Source: Flavobacteriales bacterium
GTDB taxonomy: Bacteria; Bacteroidota; Bacteroidia; Flavobacteriales_D; Parvicellaceae
Length of the DNA stretch: 64,000 nt
Direction: 5' to 3'
NCBI GenBank assembly: GCA_016780365.1
Contig: JADHMB010000004.1
Span: forward strand, 6,160 to 70,159
This document shows positions 10,201 through 20,084 of this stretch, piece after piece. The position numbers were made by a program, and so were the translations under genes. Numbering within the stretch: the first letter of the stretch is position 1; each line of letters opens with the position of its first letter. The notes beneath the pieces were generated by a model that was not told where the DNA came from, did not search any database, and saw only the letters and a list, made by a program, of their open reading frames with translations.

Positions 10201-10366
10201 TTATTACTTTTTAAGTTTTCTAAACTCAATACCATAACGACAAAAATATTTAATTATTCTTTTAAAATAGTATATCTCTTAATAATAAAGATGATTTAAT
10301 TATGTTGAAAATAAAAAAATTAAATCTATATAGAAGTATTTGTATTTTTACGCGAGATTAAATCAA

Positions 10367-11944
10367 ATGAAAAAAAAGTCAATTTTATTTATAATTACAA
10401 TCTTAATAATAAGCTGTAATAATTCTAAAAAAACAAAAAACTTTTTTTCTCCGTTGTACGGTGTCAATTCCTCCAATATATCCAGCAATTATATTTCTGG
10501 AAGCTATAGCGAAGATTCCATTTTAGTTACATTCAAAACCGAAAGTGATTTAAAATTAAAATTGATTTACAATCTAGATACAATTACAGGATCCAATGAA
10601 ATTACTTACCATTTAAAAAAATTAATTCCCAAGCTAATTAACATCCCAACAGCAATTGAAGATTACAGTAAATACGTAAATAATTGGAAAGCACCAATAG
10701 GTGAATTTTCTTCCTTTCATCAAATTAAGGTACTTGCACTAAAAAATAATATTATCGTGGATTCTTCAATTTATAATTATTTATTGGGTTTAAAATCCGA
10801 ACTTAAATTTGCAATTGTAAATTTAAAAGTTGATTCCAAAACTTTATTTGATGATGAAGAAGGATGCTATGTTCCAGGGAATAGTTTTAATAGAGAAAAA
10901 GACCAAACATCTGGAAATTTCTACAAGTTTAAAAAGAGAAAGCAAACAGGAAAAATTGAAATATTTAACAAAAAAGAAATATTTTTAAAGGGCAGTTTCC
11001 CTTTTAGAATTCATGGATATGTTACTCCTTTAGCACCTCAAAAAAGCCTCAGATTTTACATCCATCAAAAAAACAATGTAAATACTCTTTTAGAGCTAGA
11101 TCATCAAGTTGACAAAATTATTTTGAGGTCTTCTTTTTCTGGATGGGGAAACGAAATATTTGTCGATGGTTGGATTTCTAAAATATGTAAAAATTTAAAC
11201 GTAGATGTAATGAGCTACCAACCAGTTTTGGTTTATTTAAACGGAGAATACTGGGGAATTCATGGCTTGAGAGAGAGAATGGATCTAAAGGCAATTTCTA
11301 ATAAATATAAAACAAAAGAAAAAAAATTAATCGATGCGGATGACAAGGGTTATTCAAAAAAAGAGGGATATGGTGATTTGAATAGTTTACTTCTAGAAAT
11401 AAAGAAAAATCCAAAAACTAATTATGAAAAAATTGCCAAAAAATTCAATATGAGTTCGATTGTAGATTGGTTCATAATTGAACTATTCTTTCAAAATAAC
11501 GACTGGCCTTGCAACAACACTTTTTTTTGGAAAAAAAGAAGAGGCAATAAGCCTTGGAATGCTGTTTTGATAGATATGGATGCATGCGTAGGAAATCCGG
11601 AATTTAATATGTTTGATTATGTTCAAAGAGATTGGTCTCCAGCTTTAGGAGGAGAATTAATTAATTATTTACTAAAACAAAGTGAATTTGAAATGTTATT
11701 TACTAAAAGAGTTAATTATTTACTTGAAAATGAACTTTCATCAGAAAATTTAATGGCCAATCTTATAGAATTTAAAAAATCATTTTCACCAATGGTTGAA
11801 GAACACTATAGTAGATGGGGTTATAAAAATGGAACAAAAAAATATAAAAAGGGGTTGAGTGTTCTAGAAAAATTTTGTGTGGATAGACCTGAAAATTTTA
11901 AAAATAATATGAATCAATATTTTAAAAATATTTCTAATCTTTAA
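10367..11944 (+). CDS. CotH-family (atypical protein kinase fold) lipoprotein
   Basis: Lipoprotein signal MKKKSILFIITILIISC. CotH-like core: ..SLRFY..ILRSS.., VLVYLNGEYWGIHGLRERMD, and NNDWPCNNTFFWKK...PWNAVLIDMDACVG (acidic active-site region). The ORF track starts at a TTG at 10340. The ATG at 10367 gives a clean signal peptide. Confidence 0.7.
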   Translation: MKKKSILFIITILIISCNNSKKTKNFFSPLYGVNSSNISSNYISGSYSEDSILVTFKTESDLKLKLIYNLDTITGSNEITYHLKKLIPKLINIPTAIEDYSKYVNNWKAPIGEFSSFHQIKVLALKNNIIVDSSIYNYLLGLKSELKFAIVNLKVDSKTLFDDEEGCYVPGNSFNREKDQTSGNFYKFKKRKQTGKIEIFNKKEIFLKGSFPFRIHGYVTPLAPQKSLRFYIHQKNNVNTLLELDHQVDKIILRSSFSGWGNEIFVDGWISKICKNLNVDVMSYQPVLVYLNGEYWGIHGLRERMDLKAISNKYKTKEKKLIDADDKGYSKKEGYGDLNSLLLEIKKNPKTNYEKIAKKFNMSSIVDWFIIELFFQNNDWPCNNTFFWKKRRGNKPWNAVLIDMDACVGNPEFNMFDYVQRDWSPALGGELINYLLKQSEFEMLFTKRVNYLLENELSSENLMANLIEFKKSFSPMVEEHYSRWGYKNGTKKYKKGLSVLEKFCVDRPENFKNNMNQYFKNISNL

Positions 11945-11947
11945 ATT

Positions 11948-12781
11948 ATGGAAATAAATCAATTTGTAAAACTAGCAATTCAAGAAGACGTTAAGCAAGG
12001 CGACCACTCTACCCTTTCTTGTATACCAAAAAATAGTGTAGGTTCGGCAAAACTCCTAGTAAAAGAAAATGGAATCATTTCTGGAATTAATTTAGCTAAA
12101 GAAATATTTAATTGCTATGATCCAACTATTGATTTTAAAAGTATTTTAAAAGATGGACAAAAAGTAACTATTGGCGATGTTGCTTTTATCGTAAGTGGTA
12201 AATCTATCTCTATATTAACTATTGAAAGATTGGTTTTAAATGTAATGCAAAGAATGAGTGCTATTTCAACTTTGACTAATATGTATGTGGAAAAACTAAA
12301 AGGTTTGAATAGTAAAATTTTAGACACAAGAAAAACTACTCCTTTAAATAGGTTTTTAGAAAAACAAGCTGTTAAAATAGGAGGCGGTTACAACCATAGA
12401 TTTGGACTTTACGACATGATTATGCTTAAAGATAACCACATAGATTTTGCAGGTGGAATCCCACAAGCAATTAAAAAAACCAATAGCTATTTAAAAGAGA
12501 ATAAATTGGATATAAAAATTGAAATTGAAACTAGAAATTTAGAGGAAGTTAGAAAAGTTTTAGAGTGTGGAAATATACATAGAATAATGATGGATAATTT
12601 TAATTATCAAGATTTAAAAACTGGAGTTGAATTAATCAATGGTGTATATGAAACAGAGGCTTCCGGTGGTATAAATTTAGATACAGTAAAAAACTATGCT
12701 ATGTGTGGTGTTGATTATATTTCAGTTGGTGCCTTGACTCACTCCGTGAACAATATGGACTTGAGTTTAAAAGCAGTATAA
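11948..12781 (+). CDS. nadC: Nicotinate-nucleotide pyrophosphorylase (carboxylating)
   Basis: Motifs LDTRKTTP..R..EK.AV..GGG.NHRFGLYD..MLKDNHI and a C-terminal GVDYISVGALTHS. Length is 277 aa. Confidence 0.9.
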   Translation: MEINQFVKLAIQEDVKQGDHSTLSCIPKNSVGSAKLLVKENGIISGINLAKEIFNCYDPTIDFKSILKDGQKVTIGDVAFIVSGKSISILTIERLVLNVMQRMSAISTLTNMYVEKLKGLNSKILDTRKTTPLNRFLEKQAVKIGGGYNHRFGLYDMIMLKDNHIDFAGGIPQAIKKTNSYLKENKLDIKIEIETRNLEEVRKVLECGNIHRIMMDNFNYQDLKTGVELINGVYETEASGGINLDTVKNYAMCGVDYISVGALTHSVNNMDLSLKAV

Positions 12782-12788
12782 TAACTAA

Positions 12789-13355
12789 TTAAAGTCCTAG
12801 CATTTCATCTTTTAGACTGTCATCTGCAGGATTTCCACCAAGCCAAATACCAAAAAGTGCTTGTTTAAACTCTAATCCGTCAAATGTTCCTCTTTCTTTA
12901 TTGTTTTTGTATAAGTGAACAGCTTCGCCCTTATGGTAATTAAGAACAATTTCGTCTCCCTCTACAAAAGGATCACTTAAGAATTTTTTAAACTTGTCTA
13001 CATCAGATGAAGATGATTTTCCAGCGGTTGTATTAACAAATCCTTCCTCCAAAGCTTCAATAAATCTTTCTCTAGTAACTAATCCAGAAACAATAACAAT
13101 TCTAATTCCCATATTTTCATCTGCCATAACTATCTTATCAGCATCAGAAGATGTTTTATTTATGTATAGTCCTCCAACATACAAATCCATAAATCCATAT
13201 TTCTCTCTTAAACCTCCTCCGTTCAGAACAGTTTTTTCTCCGTTAATTTCTTGAACAGAATTGAATTCAACATCTTCTATTTTTTTTGTCTGAGCATTAA
13301 CAGTAAAAAAAGAAAGAACTATCGCAATTGAAAAAAGATATTTAAAAAAATTCAT
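12789..13355 (-). CDS. Secreted chalcone-isomerase-like family protein
   Basis: Signal peptide ending ..TVNAQ. The pattern LNGGGLREKYGFMDLYVGGLY is typical of bacterial chalcone-isomerase-like (Chalcone_3-type) proteins. Confidence 0.55.
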   Translation of the reverse strand: MNFFKYLFSIAIVLSFFTVNAQTKKIEDVEFNSVQEINGEKTVLNGGGLREKYGFMDLYVGGLYINKTSSDADKIVMADENMGIRIVIVSGLVTRERFIEALEEGFVNTTAGKSSSSDVDKFKKFLSDPFVEGDEIVLNYHKGEAVHLYKNNKERGTFDGLEFKQALFGIWLGGNPADDSLKDEMLGL

Positions 13356-13460
13356 GGTATGGGTTTTGATTGTTAATTTAGTAAGTAATTGATTCTAAAT
13401 TACATTATTTTTTTTCAATTTTAAATATTTACATTGAATTATGCTTAAAATAATATCGGA

Positions 13461-14147
13461 GTGACAACTTTTTTAACAGATAGTATAGAAAATGGAATAT
13501 GCTTTTTGACCGAAAGTGAATCTCGGCATGCCATAAAGGTTTTAAGAATGAAGAACAAAGACGAGTTATCAATTATAAATGGTAATGGACTGTATGGAAA
13601 AGGAGAAATTATCGATTCCAATCCAAAAAAAACAAAAATTAAAATCTATGAGCTAAAAGAAATTAAAAAGCCTGTTCCATTAGCTCTTGCATTTTGTCCT
13701 ACAAAAAATAGCGATAGAAATAAATTAATCATTGAAAAAGCTACAGAAATTGGTGTTACTGATTTTTTCCCACTTATTTCACAAAATTCTGAAAGGAGAA
13801 AATGGAATACAGAAAAGTTTGAAAAAATTTTAATTTCTTCCATTAAACAGTCGCAAAGGTTTTGGTTGCCAACAATTCATCCTGCAGGAAAATTTAACGA
13901 CTTCATAAAAAAAATCTCATACAAATTAAAGTTTCTAGCTCACTGTAAAGAAGGAGAAAAAATTCAACTAAAAAAAAATTCAAACTCTTTAGAATCTCAA
14001 GTTGTAGTCATAGGTCCAGAAGGAGATTTCACCTTTGAGGAAATAGAACTTGCAAAAGAAAATAATTATAAAATGATTAGTCTTGGAAATAACAGACTAA
14101 GAACTGAAACTGCTTGTATAGCAGCAGTAACACTAATGAAACTTTAA
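13461..14147 (+). CDS. rsmE: 16S rRNA (uracil1498-N3)-methyltransferase
   Basis: GTG start. Has a PUA-like N-terminus (ESRHAIKVLRM) and a SPOUT C-terminus (IGPEGDFTFEEIELAKENNYKMISLGNNRLRTETA). Confidence 0.85.
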   Translation: MTTFLTDSIENGICFLTESESRHAIKVLRMKNKDELSIINGNGLYGKGEIIDSNPKKTKIKIYELKEIKKPVPLALAFCPTKNSDRNKLIIEKATEIGVTDFFPLISQNSERRKWNTEKFEKILISSIKQSQRFWLPTIHPAGKFNDFIKKISYKLKFLAHCKEGEKIQLKKNSNSLESQVVVIGPEGDFTFEEIELAKENNYKMISLGNNRLRTETACIAAVTLMKL

Positions 14148-14154
14148 AAAAAAT

Positions 14155-15498
14155 TTATATACCTGTATAGTTGAAAGGAGTTATTTGATTCAACTCTGTT
14201 TTTAAATCTTCAGAAACATCCAAATTATCTATAAAAATTTTCATTGATTTTTCTGTGATTTTCTCATTTTTCCTTGTTAGATTTTTCAATAATTCGTATG
14301 GGTTTTTAACTCCCTCCCTTCTTAAAATGGTTTGAATCGCTTCTGCAACTACCGCCCAATTATTTTCTAAATCTTTTTCCATAGCATCGTTGTTTAGAAG
14401 AAGTTTATCCAATCCTTTTTGAGTAGATAAAATTGCAATAAGTCCATGGGAGAAAGGGACACCAACATTTCTAAGAACTGTACTATCTGTTAAATCTCTT
14501 TGTAGTCTGCTTACTGGAAGTTTAGCACTTAAATGCTCTAAAATCGCATTGGCAATCCCAATATTTCCTTCTGAATTCTCAAAGTCAATAGGATTCACCT
14601 TATGAGGCATGGCAGAAGATCCAATTTCTCCTTTTTTAATTTTCTGTTTAAAATAATCCATAGAAATATAGGTCCACATATCTCTGTTTAAATCCAATAT
14701 TATCGTATTTATTCTTTTAACAACATCAAATAAAGATGCCAAATGATCGTAGTGTTCAATTTGGGTTGTTGTTTGAGATCTTACCAATTTTAGTTTATCT
14801 ACTAAGAAATCGTTGGCAAATTTTTTCCAATCTATGGACGGGTAAGCAACATGATGGGCATTAAAATTTCCAGTTGCTCCTCCAAATTTACCAGCATGGG
14901 TTATGGATTTAAGGATTTCTAACTGTTGATTTAATCTTTCCACAAATACATAAAGTTCTTTGCCAAGTTTGGTTGGAGATGCAGGCTGACCATGGGTTTT
15001 AGCCAACATTGGAATAGAGGACCACTTACTGGAAAGAATTTCTAAATTCTTAATAAGATTATCAATCGCAGGTTGATATATTTTTTCTAATGCATCCTTT
15101 ATACTCATTGGAATAGCAGTGTTATTAATGTCTTGAGAAGTAAGTCCAAAATGAACAAACTCCTTAGCATCACCAATACCATCTTTCTCCATTCTTTCTT
15201 TAATAAAATACTCAACAGCTTTTACATCGTGATTGGTTATAGTTTCAATATCTTTTACTCTTTGGGCATCGCTATGATTAAAAACTTCGTAGTAAGATCT
15301 TAAAGTTTTAAAAAGGTTACTGTCAAAATTTTTTAACTGTGGAAGAGGTAATTCACATAAGGATATAAAGTATTCAATTTCTACTTTTACTCTATAACGA
15401 ATCAAAGAGGACTCAGAAAAAAAAGAACTAAGGACCTTTGTTTTGTTAAAATAACGTCCGTCAATAGGACTAATGGCATTCAATGAATAATTGGACAT
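14155..15498 (-). CDS. purB: Adenylosuccinate lyase
   Basis: 447 aa. Has SPIDGRY at the N-terminus, GLTSQDINNTA, and the fumarate-lyase signature GSSAMPHKVNP. Confidence 0.93.
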   Translation of the reverse strand: MSNYSLNAISPIDGRYFNKTKVLSSFFSESSLIRYRVKVEIEYFISLCELPLPQLKNFDSNLFKTLRSYYEVFNHSDAQRVKDIETITNHDVKAVEYFIKERMEKDGIGDAKEFVHFGLTSQDINNTAIPMSIKDALEKIYQPAIDNLIKNLEILSSKWSSIPMLAKTHGQPASPTKLGKELYVFVERLNQQLEILKSITHAGKFGGATGNFNAHHVAYPSIDWKKFANDFLVDKLKLVRSQTTTQIEHYDHLASLFDVVKRINTIILDLNRDMWTYISMDYFKQKIKKGEIGSSAMPHKVNPIDFENSEGNIGIANAILEHLSAKLPVSRLQRDLTDSTVLRNVGVPFSHGLIAILSTQKGLDKLLLNNDAMEKDLENNWAVVAEAIQTILRREGVKNPYELLKNLTRKNEKITEKSMKIFIDNLDVSEDLKTELNQITPFNYTGI

Positions 15499-15599
15499 AT
15501 CTATGTTTTAATATTGTAAATTTAACAATATGGTGGATAGTAAACTAAAATTATGACAATACCATTATATTTATTTAATTTTAGAAAACAATATTTCTT

Positions 15600-16970
15600 A
15601 TGAAACACCAAAAATTTATTTTCAAGCTAGTTCTATTATTTCTTTTAATATGCAATGTAAAATCAGTTTTATCGCAAGAGGAAGGTCTTTTAAACAAAAC
15701 TAAATCTCAAATAAAACTTACAGAAACAAAGCAACTTTATTTACAAGGAAATATTAAAACTGCTCTTTTAAATTACAAAGAGATTATTGCATTAAATCCC
15801 TCAAGCGCAAAAGCTCATTTCGGAATTTCAAGATGTTATTACAAATTACATGATTATAAAAAGGCAAAATACCATGCAGAAATTGCAGAAAAGAACGACC
15901 CAAAAGTAGATGAAGATTTACATTATTTAATGGGAGAAATTTACTTTAGACTAGAGGAATTAAAAAAATCTAAAACCAGTTATGAAAAATTTGTTTCTGA
16001 AATAAAATCTAAACAAAAAATAAAAGACTACTCGATTGATTTAAAAATTAGTCAATTGGCTTTTGCAGAGTTAGAATTGAAGAAAACAAATAATAAAATA
16101 ATTATTTCAAATATGGGTCCTGTTCTTAATTCTAAAGGATCTGATTTTGCACCATCGTTGAGCAATAATGGAAAATATTTAATGTTTACTTCCAGAAGAG
16201 CAGATACCAAAGGAGGAAATGTTGATCAGTATTTTGACCATCAGTATTTTTCAGATATATACTTATCTAAATGGGATAGTATTGGGGAAAAGTGGTTGAA
16301 TCCTTCCAACAAATTGGGGAAAATAAATACTGATTTTCACGATGCCTCTTTAAGTTTTAAAGCTGATAATTCCATAATCATTTACAGAAATATTCCATAT
16401 TTAACCAGAAGTGGAGATATTTATGAAGCTGCATACACAAAATCTGGTAGTTGGTCTTCTCCAAAACCAATTTTGAATAGAGATAAAAAAATCAGTAATA
16501 AAATAAATAGTTCCTATTTTGAAAGTTCTGCTAGTATTACAGAGGATGAATCTTATATATATTTTGTTTCTGAAAGACCAACTGGTCTAGGCAAAACAGA
16601 TATATATTATGTTAAAAAAACTAATAAAACTTATTCAGAACCAATTCACCTAGGGAACGAAATTAATACCATAGGAGATGAAAAATGTGTTTTTATTCAC
16701 CCTAGTGGAAACTTACTTTTCTTTACATCAAATGGAAGAAAACAAAGCGTTGGAAGTTACGACATATACTATTGTACCGGCGGACATGAAAATTGGAGTT
16801 CACCTATTAACATAGGAAGCCCTATTAATACTACCATGGAAGAAAAAACAATATGTATTTCAAAAGATGGAAATACTGCTTATGTAGGTGGCTATTATGA
16901 CTTCGATAACATGGGAGATGCTGATTTGTATCAAATAGATATATCTAGTCTGCAATTAATCTCCAAGTAA
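15600..16970 (+). CDS. Secreted TPR plus TolB/PD40-like beta-propeller repeat protein (no OmpA-like C-terminal domain)
   Basis: Has a Sec signal. TPR-like helices occupy residues about 40-130 (ALLNYKEIIALNPSSAKAHFGISRCYYKLHDYKKA...). Recurring PD40-like units follow (GSDFAPSLSNNGKYLMFTSRR, ESSASITEDESYIYFVSERP, EKCVFIHPSGNLLFFTSNG, DIYY). Confidence 0.6.
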   Translation: MKHQKFIFKLVLLFLLICNVKSVLSQEEGLLNKTKSQIKLTETKQLYLQGNIKTALLNYKEIIALNPSSAKAHFGISRCYYKLHDYKKAKYHAEIAEKNDPKVDEDLHYLMGEIYFRLEELKKSKTSYEKFVSEIKSKQKIKDYSIDLKISQLAFAELELKKTNNKIIISNMGPVLNSKGSDFAPSLSNNGKYLMFTSRRADTKGGNVDQYFDHQYFSDIYLSKWDSIGEKWLNPSNKLGKINTDFHDASLSFKADNSIIIYRNIPYLTRSGDIYEAAYTKSGSWSSPKPILNRDKKISNKINSSYFESSASITEDESYIYFVSERPTGLGKTDIYYVKKTNKTYSEPIHLGNEINTIGDEKCVFIHPSGNLLFFTSNGRKQSVGSYDIYYCTGGHENWSSPINIGSPINTTMEEKTICISKDGNTAYVGGYYDFDNMGDADLYQIDISSLQLISK

Positions 16971-17023
16971 TTTTACATTTGTAAAATTTTGTTTGGAAAA
17001 ATTATCCATTATTATAAAATTAA

Positions 17024-18712
17024 ATGATTAATAAAATTGTCACATTTATGTTATTAGCTTTTTTCTTAAGTTCTTGTCAGGAAAATAAAAAACAAGCAAT
17101 CAACAGCTTTTCATTTAAAAAATCAATATTGAATATAGAAAATAATGAACTGGTTAATTTATATCTTGAAAGCGATACTATCAAAGTAAAAGTATTTAAA
17201 ACCCATGAATATATTTCCATTCATTGTAAAAATGGAAAAAGACTCTACAGGAAAAAAAAGTTTAGATTATACGCTCTTAATAATAGCAATGATTTAGAAT
17301 TAGCCCGATCAATTATTTCTTTTAATGAAGATTTAAAATCTAACGATCTCATTGGAGTTTATTCTAAATTAATTACCATTGAAAACAAAGATTATTTATT
17401 TCAGGAAGAAATAGGGAAAAGACTTATTGAGTCCAATTCAAAGAGAGAGGGTGTAATTTTCAAAATAGAAATTAACGATTCTCTTAGAGTAGGTACTACA
17501 AAAGGCGAAAATATACCTCCTAAATTTGTAAACTCAGTAAAAGAATTAGTCAAAACAGAAAGACTCAATAATAAATATTTTAATGAAATTGATTGGATAA
17601 AGTTTAAAGACCTATCCAAAAAATATTTTAAAAATTTAAATCCTAATTATTATTACCTAAACCCAGTAACTTTTCGGTTAGAACCAATTTTTTTCGGTAC
17701 GAAAGTAGCTGTTTTACCAACTCAAGATCCTGAAATTTACAGCCCTGAAATATCCTTAGATTTTTTAAAATATTTTAAATATTCTGAAGATTCAAATTCA
17801 GTTGTTCTTAAAAAAAGAAACACCATTATAAGAAATAAGATTATGATTCCAAAAGGACTTAAGGTTGTTTTAAAAGCAGGTGAGACCATTGACTTAACAA
17901 GTTCTGGTAGTATTTTATCCTATAGTGCTTTTAATATAAACGGAGAAATTGGTAAAATGGTGAAAGTAACATCTTCGGATAGCACTGGAGAAGGAATTCA
18001 TATCATTCAAAACAGCGACTCAAGTAAAATTAACTACCTAGATTTTTCCAATCAATTTTCCTTGTACGACACTTTGAAATATATTCACCAGAGCCTACCA
18101 AGTGCATTTACAGTATATGGTGGAAAAGTAACTATTGAAAATAGTGACTTTAAAAATCTAAAAAGTGAAGATGCTGTAAATTTATTTAGATGTGAATTTA
18201 AAATAGGAAATATTAAAATTGAAAATACATTTTCAGATGCATTTGATGCAGATTTTTGTGTTGGATTCTTAAAAAACTGCAGCTTTTTAAATTGCGGGAA
18301 TGATGGTGTTGATATTTCTGGTGGAAGATTAGAAATATCAGAAAGTAAGTTTTTAAATATTAAAGACAAGGCTATAAGTGCAGGAGAAGAAAGTAAATTA
18401 AAAGCTAGTAAATGTACCGTCCAAAATTCTTCTATGGGAATTATTTCAAAAGATTTATCAGTCGTTGAATCTATTGAAAATAAATTATTGGATTGTGAAA
18501 TTGGTTATTGTGCTTTTCAAAAAAAGGGAGAGTTTGGCCCTGCAGAGATTTTATCTACTAGTGATGAGATTACCAATTGTTCAGTAAATAATCTTATAGA
18601 GTACCATTCTAGTCTTACTTTTAATGGCGAAAAAGATAAAGTTTTTCAAAATAATGTAATAGATTATCTTTATGGTAAAAAGTATGGTAAAGCTACTTTT
18701 AAGAAAAACTAA
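17024..18712 (+). CDS. Lipoprotein with a degenerate CotH-like N-terminal region and a right-handed parallel beta-helix (PbH1-like) C-terminal region
   Basis: Lipobox MLLAFFLSSC. The C-terminal half shows periodic roughly 22-25 aa units (IENSDFKNL.., IENTFSDAFDADF.., LKNCSFLNCGNDGVDISGG.., ISESKFLNIKDKAISAG.., KCTVQNSSMGIIS..). The N-terminal segments KKFRLYALNNSNDLELARSII... and NPNYYYLNPVTFRLEPIFFG resemble CotH blocks, judged by eye only. Confidence 0.45.
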   Translation: MINKIVTFMLLAFFLSSCQENKKQAINSFSFKKSILNIENNELVNLYLESDTIKVKVFKTHEYISIHCKNGKRLYRKKKFRLYALNNSNDLELARSIISFNEDLKSNDLIGVYSKLITIENKDYLFQEEIGKRLIESNSKREGVIFKIEINDSLRVGTTKGENIPPKFVNSVKELVKTERLNNKYFNEIDWIKFKDLSKKYFKNLNPNYYYLNPVTFRLEPIFFGTKVAVLPTQDPEIYSPEISLDFLKYFKYSEDSNSVVLKKRNTIIRNKIMIPKGLKVVLKAGETIDLTSSGSILSYSAFNINGEIGKMVKVTSSDSTGEGIHIIQNSDSSKINYLDFSNQFSLYDTLKYIHQSLPSAFTVYGGKVTIENSDFKNLKSEDAVNLFRCEFKIGNIKIENTFSDAFDADFCVGFLKNCSFLNCGNDGVDISGGRLEISESKFLNIKDKAISAGEESKLKASKCTVQNSSMGIISKDLSVVESIENKLLDCEIGYCAFQKKGEFGPAEILSTSDEITNCSVNNLIEYHSSLTFNGEKDKVFQNNVIDYLYGKKYGKATFKKN

Positions 18713-18729
18713 AGGAACAAAGATTTTAA

Positions 18730-19497
18730 ATGTCTGATATTCATTCCATATTATTAAATTATAAACCCATAAGTTTAGCAGCTATGGATGAAGTTGCATT
18801 AATGGAAAGAGTGGATGAAAAATTTACAGTTTCCCTTGACAACACTTTAGAAGTTTTATCAAAAATTAGCGATAAATATTACTGTCTTGAAATAGATGGA
18901 AAAAGATTTTTCAATTATCAAACAGAGTATTTTGACAACGATAATAAAACACTATTTAAAAATCACCAAAACGGGAAGTTAAACAGATATAAAATTAGAT
19001 TTAGAGATTACATAGAGTCTAAGAAAACTTTTTTAGAAGTTAAATTTAAATCCAATAAAGGGGTTACTAAAAAAACTAGAATTGGTGTTCCTTTTAAAGA
19101 AAAGGAATTAAACAAAAAAAATATCAAATTTTTAGAGGAACAAACACCTTACTCCTTAAAGAATTTTGAAATAACAATTAAAAATAATTTTGATAGAATT
19201 ACCTTGGTCAATTTTCAAACAAAAGAACGTGTCACAATAGATTTAAATTTGAAGTTTAGTTCTGATAATTTAAATAAAGAATTAGAAAATATTTGTATTA
19301 TTGAGGTAAAGAGAGAAAAAGGAAATAGAAAGTCTGAAATACTCTCAATTTTAAAGCTTAAAAGAATTAGACCAACTATATTCAGCAAATATACTATTGG
19401 ATCTTGTATTTTAAATCCAAATTTGAAATACAATAATTTTAAAAGAAAACTATTATTCATTAATAAAATAAGCAAGAATGGAATTGTATGGAATTGA
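18730..19497 (+). CDS. VTC-domain (polyphosphate-polymerase-type triphosphate tunnel, CYTH-like) protein, soluble
   Basis: Has MERVDEKFTV near the N-terminus, YQTEYFDNDN, and the basic tunnel strand NRYKIRFRDY....FLEVKFKSNKGVTKKTRI, followed by IIEVKRE. No TM segments were seen. Confidence 0.75.
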   Translation: MSDIHSILLNYKPISLAAMDEVALMERVDEKFTVSLDNTLEVLSKISDKYYCLEIDGKRFFNYQTEYFDNDNKTLFKNHQNGKLNRYKIRFRDYIESKKTFLEVKFKSNKGVTKKTRIGVPFKEKELNKKNIKFLEEQTPYSLKNFEITIKNNFDRITLVNFQTKERVTIDLNLKFSSDNLNKELENICIIEVKREKGNRKSEILSILKLKRIRPTIFSKYTIGSCILNPNLKYNNFKRKLLFINKISKNGIVWN

Positions 19498-20080
19498 TTT
19501 TTTTAATTTAGAAGACTTTTCAAAGTTGTTATTCAAATTTGGAATAAACTTTATTTTTCTAATCATAATTGTAAGACTTATTTACTACAGAGTAAAAGAT
19601 GATAAAGATTATGTATTTACTTACATAATGTTCAATATACTTACTTTTTTCATTTGTTTTCTTCTAAGAAAAGTTCCTATGGAAATGGGATTTGCTTTGG
19701 GATTATTTGCAGTTTTCGGTATTCTAAGGTATCGTACAGAAGCCATTCCTATAAGACAAATGACTTATTTGTTCATTGTTATTGGAATTTCTATGATCAA
19801 TGCTCTTTCAAATAAATCCGTAAGTATTTTCGAGGTGTTGTTCTCCAATGGTTTAATTACCCTAATAACTTACTTAATAGACAGATTGTGGTTTCAAACT
19901 ATTGAGGAAAAGAAAAACATTGTATATGAGAAAATAGAACTTATAAAACCTGAGAATAAACAAGAGCTAATTAAAGACTTAAAAGAGAGAACTGGACTGC
20001 CAATTCACGAAGTAAAAGTAGATAAAATAGACTTTTTAAGAGACACTGCAGCAGTTACTATTTATTACAACCGAGACTAA
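19478..20080 (+). CDS. DUF4956-family multi-pass membrane protein
   Basis: Has 4-5 hydrophobic helices and the conserved-looking core GFALGLFAVFGILRYRTEAIPIRQMTYLFIVIGISMIN, then a soluble tail of about 60 aa. Its ATG lies 20 nt inside the end of the VTC gene. Confidence 0.7.
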   Translation: MELYGIDFFNLEDFSKLLFKFGINFIFLIIIVRLIYYRVKDDKDYVFTYIMFNILTFFICFLLRKVPMEMGFALGLFAVFGILRYRTEAIPIRQMTYLFIVIGISMINALSNKSVSIFEVLFSNGLITLITYLIDRLWFQTIEEKKNIVYEKIELIKPENKQELIKDLKERTGLPIHEVKVDKIDFLRDTAAVTIYYNRD

Positions 20081-20084
20081 AATA

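Noticed and set aside
10340-10366. A TTG start at 10340 for the CotH gene, as given by the ORF track.
   Set aside because: The extension MYFYARLNQ precedes a perfect lipoprotein signal that starts at the ATG at 10367, so the shorter model is preferred.
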